This document shows positions 1 to 13,086 of a DNA stretch of 64,000 bases, piece by piece. Every line of letters begins with the position of its first letter. Position 1 is the stretch's first letter. The stretch lies in contig JBIIAC010000001.1 of NCBI GenBank assembly GCA_044240045.1, positions 8,536-72,535 on the forward strand. The letters are read 5' to 3'. Made by a program: the position numbers and the translations under genes. This DNA is from Ilumatobacteraceae bacterium. Its GTDB lineage: Bacteria; Actinomycetota; Acidimicrobiia; Acidimicrobiales; Ilumatobacteraceae. The notes under the pieces were generated by a model. That model did not search any database. It worked only from the letters and a program-made list of their open reading frames with translations, and was not told the origin of the DNA.

Positions 1-195
1 GTTGGCGACAGGCCATCAACGGACGGTTTGTTCGCACGAACCGTCGGCTGCAAATTTGCTCAAGTCCTGACTGGCATCTCGTCGCTCGATGATGTGAGTG
101 ATGATGTGAGTGATGATGCAAGCAATCCACAAAACGGAGACACGCAAGTGTTTGCAGATCTCGCTGCGTTCGCAAAGATGGTTGTTGGTTCGTAG
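1..195 (+). CDS. HAD-IIA (NagD-like) hydrolase, C-terminal fragment; the gene starts upstream of the window
   Basis: Frame 1 is open from base 1 to the TAG at 193-195. VGDRPSTDGLFARTVGCKFAQVLTGISS matches HAD motif IV (GDxxxTD) plus the VLTG tail. A HAD phosphatase precedes tlyA in mycobacterial synteny. This ORF is absent from the ORF track because it has no start codon inside the window. Confidence 0.55.
   Translation, partial: VGDRPSTDGLFARTVGCKFAQVLTGISSLDDVSDDVSDDASNPQNGDTQVFADLAAFAKMVVGS
88..118 (+). repeat. Short in-frame tandem repeat, gatgatgtgagt x2 plus a partial third copy (encodes DDVS-DDVS-DDA)
   Basis: Read directly from the sequence: gatgatgtgagt gatgatgtgagt gatgatg. It lies in frame within the 3' tail of the HAD ORF. 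Confidence 0.8.
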
Positions 196-199
196 GCAG

Positions 200-973
200 A
201 TGTCGAAAGTACGTTTGCGCTTAGATTCATGGTTGGTTAAGCAAGGGATCGCGACGGACACGACGCACGCCAAAACATTGATTGATCAAGGTTTGATTTT
301 GGTGAATGGATCAATCGCGCTGACTGATAATCGGATGATTGCAAATTCCGACAGTGTGTTGATGTCAACACCAGCGCGTTTTGTTTCACGAGGTGGAGAG
401 AAGCTTGAGGCGGCGCTGCTTTCGTTTGGGGTCGAATTAGGTGGCAAGCGTGTATTGGATGTTGGCGCTTCAACAGGTGGGTTCACCGATTGTGTGTTGC
501 AACGTGGAGCGGGTGAAGTCATCGCGCTAGATGTTGGTAAGTCTCAATTGCATGATCGTTTGGTTCGCGATCCACGGGTCAAGGTACTTGATACAACTAA
601 TGCAAGGTCATTGACTGTTGCCCTTGTTGGCGACTTTGATGCGGTCGTTGCGGATCTTTCCTTTATCTCATTGCGCCAAGTTGCTACTGCACTTTGCGGC
701 GTGCTGCGTCCACATGGAGACATGATCCTGCTTGTGAAGCCTCAGTTTGAGGCTGAGAAATCCGAAGTCGACAAGGGCGCTGGCGTAATCAGGGATACCG
801 AAGTTCATCAACGAACAATCGTTCAGGTGGTTCAGGCATTTGAATCGCAGGGGATGAAACAATCTGGTCTTATTGAGTCTCCGTTGCGCGGAGCTGATGG
901 AAATACGGAATTTCTCCTTCATCTACGCAGGGATTCTGTAAGCGGTGCTCACTCCGTGAGTCGGGTTGAGTAG
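200..973 (+). CDS. tlyA: TlyA-family rRNA (cytidine-2'-O)-methyltransferase
   Basis: N-terminal S4-like segment (RLDSWLVKQG), then FVSRGGEKLEAAL and the SAM motif DVGASTGGFTDCVLQRGA. I prefer the ATG at 200, 4 nt after the upstream stop, over the track start at 110. Confidence 0.9.
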   Translation: MSKVRLRLDSWLVKQGIATDTTHAKTLIDQGLILVNGSIALTDNRMIANSDSVLMSTPARFVSRGGEKLEAALLSFGVELGGKRVLDVGASTGGFTDCVLQRGAGEVIALDVGKSQLHDRLVRDPRVKVLDTTNARSLTVALVGDFDAVVADLSFISLRQVATALCGVLRPHGDMILLVKPQFEAEKSEVDKGAGVIRDTEVHQRTIVQVVQAFESQGMKQSGLIESPLRGADGNTEFLLHLRRDSVSGAHSVSRVE

Positions 974-997
974 GTTGGCAGTCATGGAGGCGAACCA

Positions 998-1857
998 ATG
1001 AGTTCCATTTTTGTGGTGTCCCACCACACACGCGGCGAGATTGCCCAGCTGCTGACCGATTTGGAGTCCTGGTGCACAAAACACGGTCATCAGTTGTGGA
1101 TGTTGCCAGCTGATGCGCGTGCGAGAGGTTGCGAGCATTTGGCAAGCGAACGAGCTGCAATGGACGCCGACATCGTGCTGTCGTTGGGCGGCGACGGAAC
1201 AGTGTTGCGTGCGGTTCATTTATTGGATGGTGCCCCAGTACCCATTCTCGGTGTCAACGTAGGAACGCTTGGTTATTTGACCGAAATTGAACCATCCGAA
1301 TGCATTGCATCTCTGCAGCGTTGGGCGGAAGGTCGGGAAGACAAAGATTTCATTATCGATAAGCGCATGATGCTTGCTGTATTACTGAAACGTGCTGATG
1401 GAAGCACCGACCTTTCGTGGAGAGCACTCAACGAAGCAGTTCTTGAAAAGCAACAGTCTGGTCACACGGTGTGGCTTGACGTGGTCATTAACTCAGAGTT
1501 GTTTGCCACATATTCTGCAGATGGTTTGATCGTTTCAACTCCAACTGGAAGTACCGCTTATTCAATGTCTGCTCGTGGTCCAGTTGTGTCGCCGCGACAT
1601 CGCGCACTACTTGTTACTCCGGTTTCTCCACACATGTTGTTTGACAGAGCTCTCGTGCTTGACCCGCACGAGTCATTATTGATCGAGGTTGTCGGTACAC
1701 GACCAGTTGACATGGCACTTGACGGACGCAAGGTGATGAGTTTGACGCAGGGTGATGTCGTGAGTTTTGCTCCGGACACTTGCACTGCAGAGTTTTTGCG
1801 TTTTAAGACACCAAAGTTTCACCAGATTGTTCGCACAAAATTTGGTCTCGGAGACGA

Positions 1858-1861
<4 letters not shown>
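998..1861 (+). CDS. nadK: NAD+ kinase
   Basis: GGDGT motif (SLGGDGTVLRA) and TPTGSTAYSMSARGP. Sits in tlyA-nadK-recN synteny. Confidence 0.93.
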
Positions 1862-5200
<3,339 letters not shown>

Positions 5201-5221
5201 ACCCATCGGACAATATTCCTG

Positions 5222-5794
5222 ATGGCGCACTTTGAGCGCATCTCACGATCTGTTTTACATGAGTGGGTGTTGTGGAAGCTTGTACAAAGTCGTTTTCGAT
5301 CTCCTCGCGGAGAAGAGTTTGTGCGCACATATGTTGAGTCACCAGGTGCCACTGGCATAGTTCCCATTCGACTCAATGCAAATGGGCGATATGAAGTGGT
5401 GATGGTTCGACAGTACCGACCAGCCCTTGATGCCTACAGTCTTGAGATTCCAGCAGGCATGAGGGATATTGTCGGAGAAGATCCACAAGCCACGGCGTTA
5501 CGTGAATTGCAGGAAGAGACTGGGTATACATCTCACGATGTGCGACTACTTGGTCAAATCTTGCAGGCTCCAGGCATCACGAACGCAGTAGTTCAGTTGT
5601 ATCTTGCTGTTGGTTTGACGGAAGTTGCGATGGATCGCCACGGCCCGGAAGAAGACGATATGACCGTCGAGGTATTGCTACTCGACGATGCAATTCGTAT
5701 GATCGAAACGGGCGAGATTGACAATGCGATGGCGGTAGTCGGACTGTTGCGTGCAGATCGATTGCTACGCGCCGAAAGCGTGTCGAAGGCATGA
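5222..5794 (+). CDS. NUDIX hydrolase (ADP-ribose pyrophosphatase-like)
   Basis: Nudix box GMRDIVGEDPQATALRELQEETGY. Its position between pyrG and xerD matches mycobacterial synteny. Confidence 0.85.
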   Translation: MAHFERISRSVLHEWVLWKLVQSRFRSPRGEEFVRTYVESPGATGIVPIRLNANGRYEVVMVRQYRPALDAYSLEIPAGMRDIVGEDPQATALRELQEETGYTSHDVRLLGQILQAPGITNAVVQLYLAVGLTEVAMDRHGPEEDDMTVEVLLLDDAIRMIETGEIDNAMAVVGLLRADRLLRAESVSKA

Positions 5795-6717
5795 CGAGTC
5801 TGACCGACCGCGAACGTTTCTTGACATGGATGCGCGTTGAACAGGGCAGATCAGATCGGACCATTGAAGCGTACGGACGAGACATAGCTCAATATGAGTC
5901 GTATCTTGCTGGGGCCAAATCAACATCGCGGGCAGTGAAGCCAACGCAGATTGAAAAATATGTTGGGCAATTACGAGCGAATGAACGAGCGCCAAAAAGC
6001 ATCGCCCGACAGTTTGCCGCTATTCGCATGTTTCATCGCTTCATGCTTGACGAAGGATTGCGAGCCGATAACCCAACTTCATTCATAGACGGCGTCAAAG
6101 TTCCATCTGGCATACCAAAAGCTTTGAGCGAGGAAGAAGTTGAATTGCTTCTGAACGCAGTGACCGGAGTCGATTCGTTGGCATTGCGTGACCGTGCGTT
6201 ACTCGAATTCTTGTATGCAACTGGAGCCCGTGTGTCTGAGGCATGTGGTCTTTCAATGAGTGATATCGATATGGAGAGCAATGTTGCTCGAGTCTTCGGT
6301 AAAGGTTCCAAAGAAAGAATCGTGCCGTTTGGTCGTCACGCAAAGGAAGCTTTGGAGTCTTGGCTGGGTGCGGGTGGTAGACCCATGTTGTGTCCGCAAC
6401 AATGGGCGAAGCGCGATCATGCTGACGCCGTTTTCCTTGGAGTTCGTGGCACACGTTTGTCACGTCAGGCAGCATGGGGCATTGTGCGCAAATACGCGAT
6501 GTTGGCCGGTATCAAGAGTGAGCTTTCGCCGCACGTGCTCAGACATTCGTGCGCTACCCACATGTTGGTACACGGAGCCGATCTGCGTATTGTGCAAGAG
6601 CTACTTGGGCACGCATCGGTGAGCACAACGCAGGTGTACACAAAGGTCGATAACGAAGTGTTGTTCGAGATGTACCGCGAGTCGCATCCGCGTGCCCGAG
6701 TCAAGGCTCATCAGTGA
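5791..6717 (+). CDS. xerD: Site-specific tyrosine recombinase XerD
   Basis: HVLRHSCATHML and LLGHASVSTTQVYT catalytic motifs, plus an N-terminal SAM-like core-binding domain. ATGA overlap with the nudix gene. Confidence 0.88.
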   Translation: MTSLTDRERFLTWMRVEQGRSDRTIEAYGRDIAQYESYLAGAKSTSRAVKPTQIEKYVGQLRANERAPKSIARQFAAIRMFHRFMLDEGLRADNPTSFIDGVKVPSGIPKALSEEEVELLLNAVTGVDSLALRDRALLEFLYATGARVSEACGLSMSDIDMESNVARVFGKGSKERIVPFGRHAKEALESWLGAGGRPMLCPQQWAKRDHADAVFLGVRGTRLSRQAAWGIVRKYAMLAGIKSELSPHVLRHSCATHMLVHGADLRIVQELLGHASVSTTQVYTKVDNEVLFEMYRESHPRARVKAHQ

Positions 6718-7160
6718 GCAAGATTACGCATCTCACAAAGCGCTTTGTGCTTAATTTGGTGCCGTCTCAAGTTCAGGCGATTGAGAGCCAGTGGGTGCAT
6801 TCAATACTTTCTCAAGAAGAGTTTGATTTATGGAACAACATGATGGTGCAGGATCGTCGGCACAGCGTCATGGTTGGTCGTCGTTTTGTGAAGTATCGAC
6901 CGCATGCTTCCCAGAGCGAGATTGCTGGAGCGTTATTGCATGATGTGGGCAAGTCTGCAGCACGTCTTGGAACTTTGGCACGAGTGCTCGCGACACTGGT
7001 GGGACCGCGCACGAGTCGCTTTCGTCAATATCACGATCACGAAAACATTGGGGCAACGATGCTTCGATTTATAGGTAGTGAAGAATTGACTATCTTGATG
7101 GTTGAAGGTTCGTGTTCGGGTGAGTTGAAAGAAGCACTCAGCAAAGCAGACGACATTTAG
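6714..7160 (+). CDS. HD-domain protein (metal-dependent phosphohydrolase fold)
   Basis: RRHS...LLHDVGK HD signature. GTG start overlaps the xerD stop (GTGA). Confidence 0.7.
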   Translation: MSKITHLTKRFVLNLVPSQVQAIESQWVHSILSQEEFDLWNNMMVQDRRHSVMVGRRFVKYRPHASQSEIAGALLHDVGKSAARLGTLARVLATLVGPRTSRFRQYHDHENIGATMLRFIGSEELTILMVEGSCSGELKEALSKADDI

Positions 7161-7182
7161 CAATGAGAAGCATCGCTAGTTT

Positions 7183-8172
7183 TTACTTGCTTGGGTAGAG
7201 ACCAATCGCACTGTGCGCTCGAGCAAGTGTCGCTTGTGCAACCTTTGATGCGCGCTCTTTGCCAAGTGCGAGCAAATTGCTGAGTTCAGCTGGATCTGAC
7301 ATGAGTTCGTGGTATCGAGCCTGAATCGGTCGCAGCATTTCGGCAACAGCCTCACCGGTGTCCTGTTTGAGCTTTCCGTATTGTGTGTAGGTCGTTGCAA
7401 GTGACGCGGGCGATTCGTTTGTGACTGCTGCAAGTATTTCAAGCAAGTTACTCACACCAGGCTTTCGCTCGCGATCAAACTGCACTTCATTATCACTGTC
7501 GGTGACAGCGCGCTTAAACTTTTTGACGATTGCTGCTGGGTCGTCAAGTAGGTAGATGATGCCTGCTTCGCCATCACCAGACTTACTCATTTTGTTAGTT
7601 GGTTCCTGTAAATCCATCACTCGTGCGCCAGTTGGTGGAGTCACGGCCTTTGGTACGACAAATGTGTCGCCGAAACGGTGATTGAAACGAAGGGCTATGT
7701 CACGAGTGATTTCAATGTGCTGCCGTTGGTCGTCGCCAACAGGCACTTCGGCTGCGTCGTAAAGCAAGATATCTGCTGCCTGCAGAGCAGGGTAGGTAAA
7801 GAGCCCAGCAGATACGAAATCGGCTTCACGTTTTGCAGACTTATCTTTAAATTGGGTCATACGACTGAGTTCACCGAAGCTGACGGTGCACTCCATGATC
7901 CAACCCAACTGGCTGTGTTCTGGAATATGGCTTTGTACAAAAACTGTTGCGATCTGAGGGTCGAGCCCAACGGCAAACAATATTGCCGCCAATTGCAGCG
8001 TCTGCTTGCCGAGGACGCCAGGAGTGTCGGTGATGGTAAGCGCATGCAAATCGACGATGCCGTGAAAAACATCATTTGTGTGCTGTCCTGATACCCAATT
8101 GCGTAGTGCGCCTAAATAGTTGCCGAGGTGGACTTCTCCGGTCGGTTGAATGCAGGAAAGGACACGGGCCAC
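7183..8172 (-). CDS. trpS: Tryptophan--tRNA ligase
   Basis: PTGEVHLGNYLGA (HIGH-class motif), the KMSKS motif, and a length of 329 aa. Confidence 0.93.
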   Translation of the reverse strand: MARVLSCIQPTGEVHLGNYLGALRNWVSGQHTNDVFHGIVDLHALTITDTPGVLGKQTLQLAAILFAVGLDPQIATVFVQSHIPEHSQLGWIMECTVSFGELSRMTQFKDKSAKREADFVSAGLFTYPALQAADILLYDAAEVPVGDDQRQHIEITRDIALRFNHRFGDTFVVPKAVTPPTGARVMDLQEPTNKMSKSGDGEAGIIYLLDDPAAIVKKFKRAVTDSDNEVQFDRERKPGVSNLLEILAAVTNESPASLATTYTQYGKLKQDTGEAVAEMLRPIQARYHELMSDPAELSNLLALGKERASKVAQATLARAHSAIGLYPSK

Positions 8173-8233
8173 GTCAATACGCTAGTGCAAACCGCTTGTT
8201 CAAACGACCGATTAACCGCTGTTTGATATAGCC

Positions 8234-9022
8234 TTGGGCGCGATGGCGTATGAAGTAAACACCCCGGTCTTTGATGGCCCATTTGATTTGCTTCTGCATC
8301 TTATTTTGCAAGAGGAAGTCGATATCCACGAGGTATCGCTACTGCGCATTGTCGAGGCGTATCTCGTTGAAGTGCAGCGCATGCAAACTTTTGACCTGGA
8401 GATTGCAACGGAGTTTCTGCTCATCGCCGCAACCCTTGTTGAGCTAAAGACTCGCAGGCTGCTTCCAGGCAAAGCCGATATGGATCTGGATGAGGAACTC
8501 GCTCTCTGGGAAGAACGAGATTTGCTGCTAGCTCGCTTGTTGGACTGTAAAACGTTCAAAGACGTTGCGGGTGTATTCAGTGAGCTGGTGGAAAAGGCTG
8601 GTCTGAGTTTTGCTCGTATGGCTGGGCCAGATGAACGATTCGCGGAGTTGATGCCCGATCTATTGGAGGGCGTCACCCCAGTCAGGTTGCAGCGAGCCTT
8701 TCTGCGTGCGGTTCAACCAAAGCCTCCAACGACAATCGATCTCTATCACGTGGCACCGATTCGCGCGAGTGTTGCCGAAGCATTGATGGAGCTACTTGAT
8801 GAATTACCAAGCCTTGGGCGTGTCACGTTCGCGCAACTCACTGAGGCAATCCATGATCGCATTGCAGTCGTGTGCAGATTTTTGGCGATACTCGAGCTGT
8901 ACAAGCAGGGTCGAGTCGATCTTGAACAGAGCGACAAGTTCGGCGATATTCAGGTGTTGTGGACTGGCGGCAATGACGTCGGATTTGAAGCGGTTTTCAA
9001 CATTGACGATTATGAAGGATGA
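8234..9022 (+). CDS. scpA: Segregation and condensation protein A (kleisin)
   Basis: FDGPFDLLLHLI N-terminus typical of ScpA. Followed directly by scpB. Confidence 0.88.
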   Translation: MGAMAYEVNTPVFDGPFDLLLHLILQEEVDIHEVSLLRIVEAYLVEVQRMQTFDLEIATEFLLIAATLVELKTRRLLPGKADMDLDEELALWEERDLLLARLLDCKTFKDVAGVFSELVEKAGLSFARMAGPDERFAELMPDLLEGVTPVRLQRAFLRAVQPKPPTTIDLYHVAPIRASVAEALMELLDELPSLGRVTFAQLTEAIHDRIAVVCRFLAILELYKQGRVDLEQSDKFGDIQVLWTGGNDVGFEAVFNIDDYEG

Positions 9023-9045
9023 TTTTGGAATGAAAGGTTTATTAC

Positions 9046-9696
9046 ATGTCTGATCAGAGTTTTGACAATCAAGCAGCTCATGACGAAACGGAAATCAGCG
9101 CGGATATTGTGCGCGCTCTTGAAGGAATCCTTCTTGTTGCAATGGAGCCAGTAGACCCCACACTGCTAGCGCAGTTGCTTGAACTACCACTTGCCGTAGT
9201 GGAGGGTTTATGTGAGCGTTTGTCACTGGCCTATGCCGAGGCGGGACATGGTTTTCAGTTGGTCAAAGTTGCCGGCGGATATCGTTTTCAATCGCATCCA
9301 GATGTATCTGCATATGTTGAGCGGTTTGTACTCGATAGTCAACAGGCTCGCATTTCATCTGCAGCGTTGGAAACTTTGGCGATCATCGCGTACAAACAAC
9401 CGCTGTCACGGCAACAGGTTGCTTCCATCCGTGGAGTTGATCCAGATGCAGTGATGCGCACGTTGCAAGCTCGCGGCTATATCTCTGAAGTTTCTCGCGA
9501 TGATGGACCTGGCCAAGCAATTTTGTTTGGCACCACAGCGATGTTTCTCGAACGTCTTGGGCTTGACTCGCTGGCGTCGCTTCCTCCAATCGCCGATTTC
9601 GTTCCGCCAGCGGAAGTAGTGGAGGCTCTTGAGCAAGGTTTGCGCATCGTTCCTTCAAACCCAATGGGTGCTTCTCGAAACGAAGTAGAGGGGTAG
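9046..9696 (+). CDS. scpB: Segregation and condensation protein B
   Basis: ALEGILLVAMEPV, YRFQS, IAYKQPLSRQQVASIRGV and FGTTAMFLERLGLDSL motifs. Confidence 0.9.
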   Translation: MSDQSFDNQAAHDETEISADIVRALEGILLVAMEPVDPTLLAQLLELPLAVVEGLCERLSLAYAEAGHGFQLVKVAGGYRFQSHPDVSAYVERFVLDSQQARISSAALETLAIIAYKQPLSRQQVASIRGVDPDAVMRTLQARGYISEVSRDDGPGQAILFGTTAMFLERLGLDSLASLPPIADFVPPAEVVEALEQGLRIVPSNPMGASRNEVEG

Positions 9697-9731
9697 TTAT
9701 TTCATCATCAACGCCGGGAGGCGACGATCAC

Positions 9732-10451
9732 TTGTACGAAGGCGAACGTCTACAAAAAGTGTTGGCCCGCCATGGATGGGGTAGTAGGCGTGCATGCGAG
9801 GAAATGATCGCCGAAGAGCGAGTGACTGTAAATGGTGAGACTGCAATTTTGGGTCGCAGAGTTGATGTCGAAGTTGATCTCATCGAGATTGATGGCGCAC
9901 CAGTCGGCGTGCGACCTGACGTCGTGTATTACTTGCTCAACAAGCCCATTGACGTGATCTCGACAGCCATTGACACTCACGGTCGAGAGACGGTGGTTGA
10001 TCTCGTTCCTTTGGAACCACGGGTGTTTCCCGTTGGTCGCCTGGATGCCGACTCCGAGGGCTTGCTGCTACTCACCAATGACGGAGAACTGACCAATCGG
10101 ATTACGCATCCGAGTTACGGTTTGGAAAAAGAGTATTTAGTTCATGTCGAATGTTCGTCTGCCGGTGTGAACAACACAGCAATCAGCCGTATGCGAAATG
10201 GAATTGAACTCGAAGATGGAATGACAGCGCCTGCCGACGTTAGTCAGTTGCAACCAGGTGTATTGCGTGTGGTGATTCACGAGGGTAGAAACCGACAGAT
10301 ACGTCGAATGTGTGAGGAAGTCGGCTACCCAGTTGAGCGTCTCGTGCGTGTTCGCATAGGCCCATTGGTCGATAGACACTTGTCGCCAGGTCAATGGAGG
10401 CATCTCACTCATGCTGAGGTCAAACTGTTAATTGAATCGGTTGCTCAGTAG
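9732..10451 (+). CDS. rluB: Pseudouridine synthase, RsuA/RluB family
   Basis: S4 domain (ERLQKVLARHGWGSRR), catalytic GRLDADSEGLLLLTNDG, and EGRNRQIRRM. TTG start. Confidence 0.9.
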   Translation: MYEGERLQKVLARHGWGSRRACEEMIAEERVTVNGETAILGRRVDVEVDLIEIDGAPVGVRPDVVYYLLNKPIDVISTAIDTHGRETVVDLVPLEPRVFPVGRLDADSEGLLLLTNDGELTNRITHPSYGLEKEYLVHVECSSAGVNNTAISRMRNGIELEDGMTAPADVSQLQPGVLRVVIHEGRNRQIRRMCEEVGYPVERLVRVRIGPLVDRHLSPGQWRHLTHAEVKLLIESVAQ

Positions 10452-11535
10452 ACCACGAGTAGAATTAGCCCCTGTGACTCAAAAACGGGCGAATATCTTC
10501 GGTCTTGGCTTGATCGGTGGATCGCTAGGTTTAGCACTTTCGAGCAGGGGATGGCACGTCACCGGGTGTGATTCTGTCGGCGAAATTGAAAGCCAAGCGT
10601 TATCACTTGGAGTTATTCATCAGATTGGTGTGGACACGGATGCCGCGATCACATTCGTTGCAACGCCTGTGTCGTCTATCGCCGAGCAAGTGGTTCGGGC
10701 GTTGTCGGAGACAACAGGATTGGTAACTGATGTTGGCGGAGTGAAGGCTCATCTTGCTGGACAAATAAATGATCCGCGATTTATTGGCGGACACCCGATG
10801 GCAGGCAGCGAACTGATTGGTTTGGCTGGAGCAGATGCCAAATTGTTTGAAGGTGCTGTTTGGGTGTTGACGCCATCTGTGGGTATTTCTGATAGTAACT
10901 TCGAACAAGTTGCGGGAGTTGTAACGGAACTTGGTTCAGAAATTGTTGTTCTTGACCCGCAGCGACACGATCAGTTGGTGGCGATCGTCAGTCACCTCCC
11001 ACACTTGACGGCAGCAGCGTTAATGGGTCTTGCGAGTGAGAGGTCGGAGGAGCATGTTGCGGTATTGCGATTAGCCGCAGGTGGTTTTAGGGACATGACC
11101 CGAGTTGCATCAGGTCATCCGGCGATATGGATTGATATTTGTCGTGAGAACCGGGATGCGATCGTGATGGCGCTCGATGGGCTGATTGATGGTCTAGTTC
11201 AAATGAAGCAAATTGTCGAACAAGGTGATTCCAAAGAGCTGATGAAGCGTTTGCAGCAGTCTCGGATTGCGCGATCCAATTTGCCAAGTCGTGTCCGCGA
11301 CCTCATGGACGTTGTTGAAGTTCGTGTCCCAATTCCTGACCGATCGGGTGCAGCGGCAGAGATTTTTACTTTGGCTGCAGAGCTCGGTGTCAACATTGCA
11401 AACTTTGAAGTGGCTCACTCGGTTGAAGGTGAAAGAGGAGTTCTTGTTCTTGTGGTCGAGCAGTCCAGCCAAGACGTGTTTCGTGGTGGATTGATTGCTC
11501 GTGGATTCAAGCCAACTTTGCAACAGATTTCATGA
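10432..11535 (+). CDS. tyrA: Prephenate dehydrogenase with C-terminal ACT domain
   Basis: Rossmann motif IFGLGLIGGS, GGHPMAGSE, and an ACT-like tail. The start is uncertain: TTG at 10432 overlaps rluB, and GTG at 10474 is the alternative. Confidence 0.85.
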   Translation: MNRLLSRPRVELAPVTQKRANIFGLGLIGGSLGLALSSRGWHVTGCDSVGEIESQALSLGVIHQIGVDTDAAITFVATPVSSIAEQVVRALSETTGLVTDVGGVKAHLAGQINDPRFIGGHPMAGSELIGLAGADAKLFEGAVWVLTPSVGISDSNFEQVAGVVTELGSEIVVLDPQRHDQLVAIVSHLPHLTAAALMGLASERSEEHVAVLRLAAGGFRDMTRVASGHPAIWIDICRENRDAIVMALDGLIDGLVQMKQIVEQGDSKELMKRLQQSRIARSNLPSRVRDLMDVVEVRVPIPDRSGAAAEIFTLAAELGVNIANFEVAHSVEGERGVLVLVVEQSSQDVFRGGLIARGFKPTLQQIS

Positions 11536-12809
11536 TTCAGCCCAGCGAGTACGCAGTCGCGGTAAAGGGACGTTCGATAGACGCCGTAGTGACTGTTCCG
11601 GGTTCAAAATCGATTGCCAATCGTGTTCTTATTTGCGCAGCTTTAGCTCGTGGGGAGTCTTCGATAAAAGGACTGCCAGATGGCGATGATACGCAAGCGA
11701 TGTTGCAGAGCCTAAGAATGCTTGGCGCAATCGTCGACCTAGATGGTGAGACTGCGCACTTTAAACAGTCAATTGATTTGAACCGTATGGACGCGGTAAC
11801 GGTTAATGCAAATTTGGCTGGAACTACCGCTCGATTTCTCACCGCACTTGGCGCATTGCGTCAAGGTCCTTTGACGGTGACAGGTAACGAATCGTTGCGA
11901 AGTAGACCAATGAAAGATTTGCATATTGCGTTAGGTCAGTTGGGAGCTGGTGTTTCGTGGCAAAGCGAAAAATATTGTTTACCCGTTACGGTTCAGCGAG
12001 GTGGGTCTTGCTCCGATTCGGTTCAGATTCCGGCTAACACTTCATCGCAATTCGTTACGTCATTGATGCTTATTGCACCGATGTTGGAGAATGGGCTAAG
12101 AATTGAACTCATTGGAGAGATAATTTCGCTTCCATACATTTTGATGTCGGCATCGGTGATGAAGGCGTTCGGGGCGACAGTGCATATTGAGAATGAGCGC
12201 AACATCTTTATCTCCGGTGGCGGATATGTGGGGTGTGAATTTACCGTCGAGCCTGACGCAAGTTCGGCTTCGTATCCGTTTGCATCTGCCGCAATCGTTG
12301 GTGGTCGCGTGCTTGTGAGTGGAATGTCCTCGGTGATGCTGCAAGGTGACAGTCGATTCGTTGATGTCTTGCAGCAAATGGGCTGTGAGGTTGCAGAAGG
12401 CCAGGGTGGAATCACAATAAGTCGCGATGCAGGAACGCCACTACGCGGCATTGATGTCGATATGGCTGATATTTCAGATTTAGTTCCCACACTTGCAATC
12501 GTTGCGATGTTTGCGGAGACGGCAACGCGCATCCGAGGTGTTGGTTTTATTCGGAACAAGGAGAGTGATCGGATTGGGGATCTCGCGACCGAAATGAGGC
12601 GACTTGGGGCAAATGTTGTCGAGCACGAAGACGGACTTGAAATTTTGCCCCAATCTTTGCATTCCGGTCGGTGTGACACACATCATGACCATCGGTTGGC
12701 CATGGCTTTTGGAGTTGCGGGGCTCAAACTTTCTGGTGTTGTCATTGGCGACCCGCACGTTGTCAGTAAAAGCTGGCCCCAATTTTGGGAAATGCTCGAG
12801 TCTCTATGA
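11532..12809 (+). CDS. aroA: 3-phosphoshikimate 1-carboxyvinyltransferase (EPSP synthase)
   Basis: PGSKSIANR, LAGTTARF, KESDR and DHRLAMAF motifs. ATGA overlap with tyrA. Confidence 0.93.
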   Translation: MIQPSEYAVAVKGRSIDAVVTVPGSKSIANRVLICAALARGESSIKGLPDGDDTQAMLQSLRMLGAIVDLDGETAHFKQSIDLNRMDAVTVNANLAGTTARFLTALGALRQGPLTVTGNESLRSRPMKDLHIALGQLGAGVSWQSEKYCLPVTVQRGGSCSDSVQIPANTSSQFVTSLMLIAPMLENGLRIELIGEIISLPYILMSASVMKAFGATVHIENERNIFISGGGYVGCEFTVEPDASSASYPFASAAIVGGRVLVSGMSSVMLQGDSRFVDVLQQMGCEVAEGQGGITISRDAGTPLRGIDVDMADISDLVPTLAIVAMFAETATRIRGVGFIRNKESDRIGDLATEMRRLGANVVEHEDGLEILPQSLHSGRCDTHHDHRLAMAFGVAGLKLSGVVIGDPHVVSKSWPQFWEMLESL

Positions 12810-13042
12810 CACCTCCAGTTCTCAGGGATGATTATCTCGATACTCCAATACCTCGGCGTCTGAAGGGGACACACCCTCATTTTGTAGAAATCATGCGTCG
12901 CCACGCTGCGGCTGTTGACACCAGATTGCCGTGTTATCAGGATCCAGTTTCGGGTCTTTCGGTCATGACGGCAGAGTTTTTGGCCTCACGCAATTATTGT
13001 TGCGAAAGCGGCTGTCGGCACTGCCCTTATGTAGCCGACTGA
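12806..13042 (+). CDS. Small Cys-rich conserved protein (DUF5522-like)
   Basis: C-terminal CCESGCRHCPY motif. The ATG at 12806 overlaps the aroA TGA. Confidence 0.6.
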   Translation: MTPPVLRDDYLDTPIPRRLKGTHPHFVEIMRRHAAAVDTRLPCYQDPVSGLSVMTAEFLASRNYCCESGCRHCPYVAD

Positions 13043-13086
13043 TGAACTAGATTAAGTATTTCACGAGATGCAATAAAGGGGTCGAG

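Noticed and set aside
110-199. N-terminal extension of tlyA (track start MMMQAIHK...)
   Set aside because: The extension overlaps the upstream HAD ORF and has no similarity to the TlyA N-terminus. The ATG at 200 gives the expected S4-like start.
16-273. 85-aa minus-strand ORF at the window start
   Set aside because: It overlaps the open HAD tail frame and the tlyA start. The plus-strand reading has recognisable HAD and TlyA motifs.
5791-6717. Tyrosine recombinase as the marker of an integrated mobile element
   Set aside because: It sits in the conserved pyrG-nudix-xerD housekeeping synteny and overlaps both neighbours by 4 nt. There are no flanking repeats or cargo genes, so it is chromosomal XerD.
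8173-8233. Possible T-box or attenuator leader upstream of trpS
   Set aside because: The spacer is 61 nt and is shared with the divergent scpA. That is far too short for a T-box, and Actinomycetota trpS genes are not generally T-box regulated.
12023-12679. 218-aa ORF antisense to aroA
   Set aside because: It is nested in aroA, whose motifs are unambiguous. The antisense product has no motifs and a Ser/Pro/Ile-rich composition.
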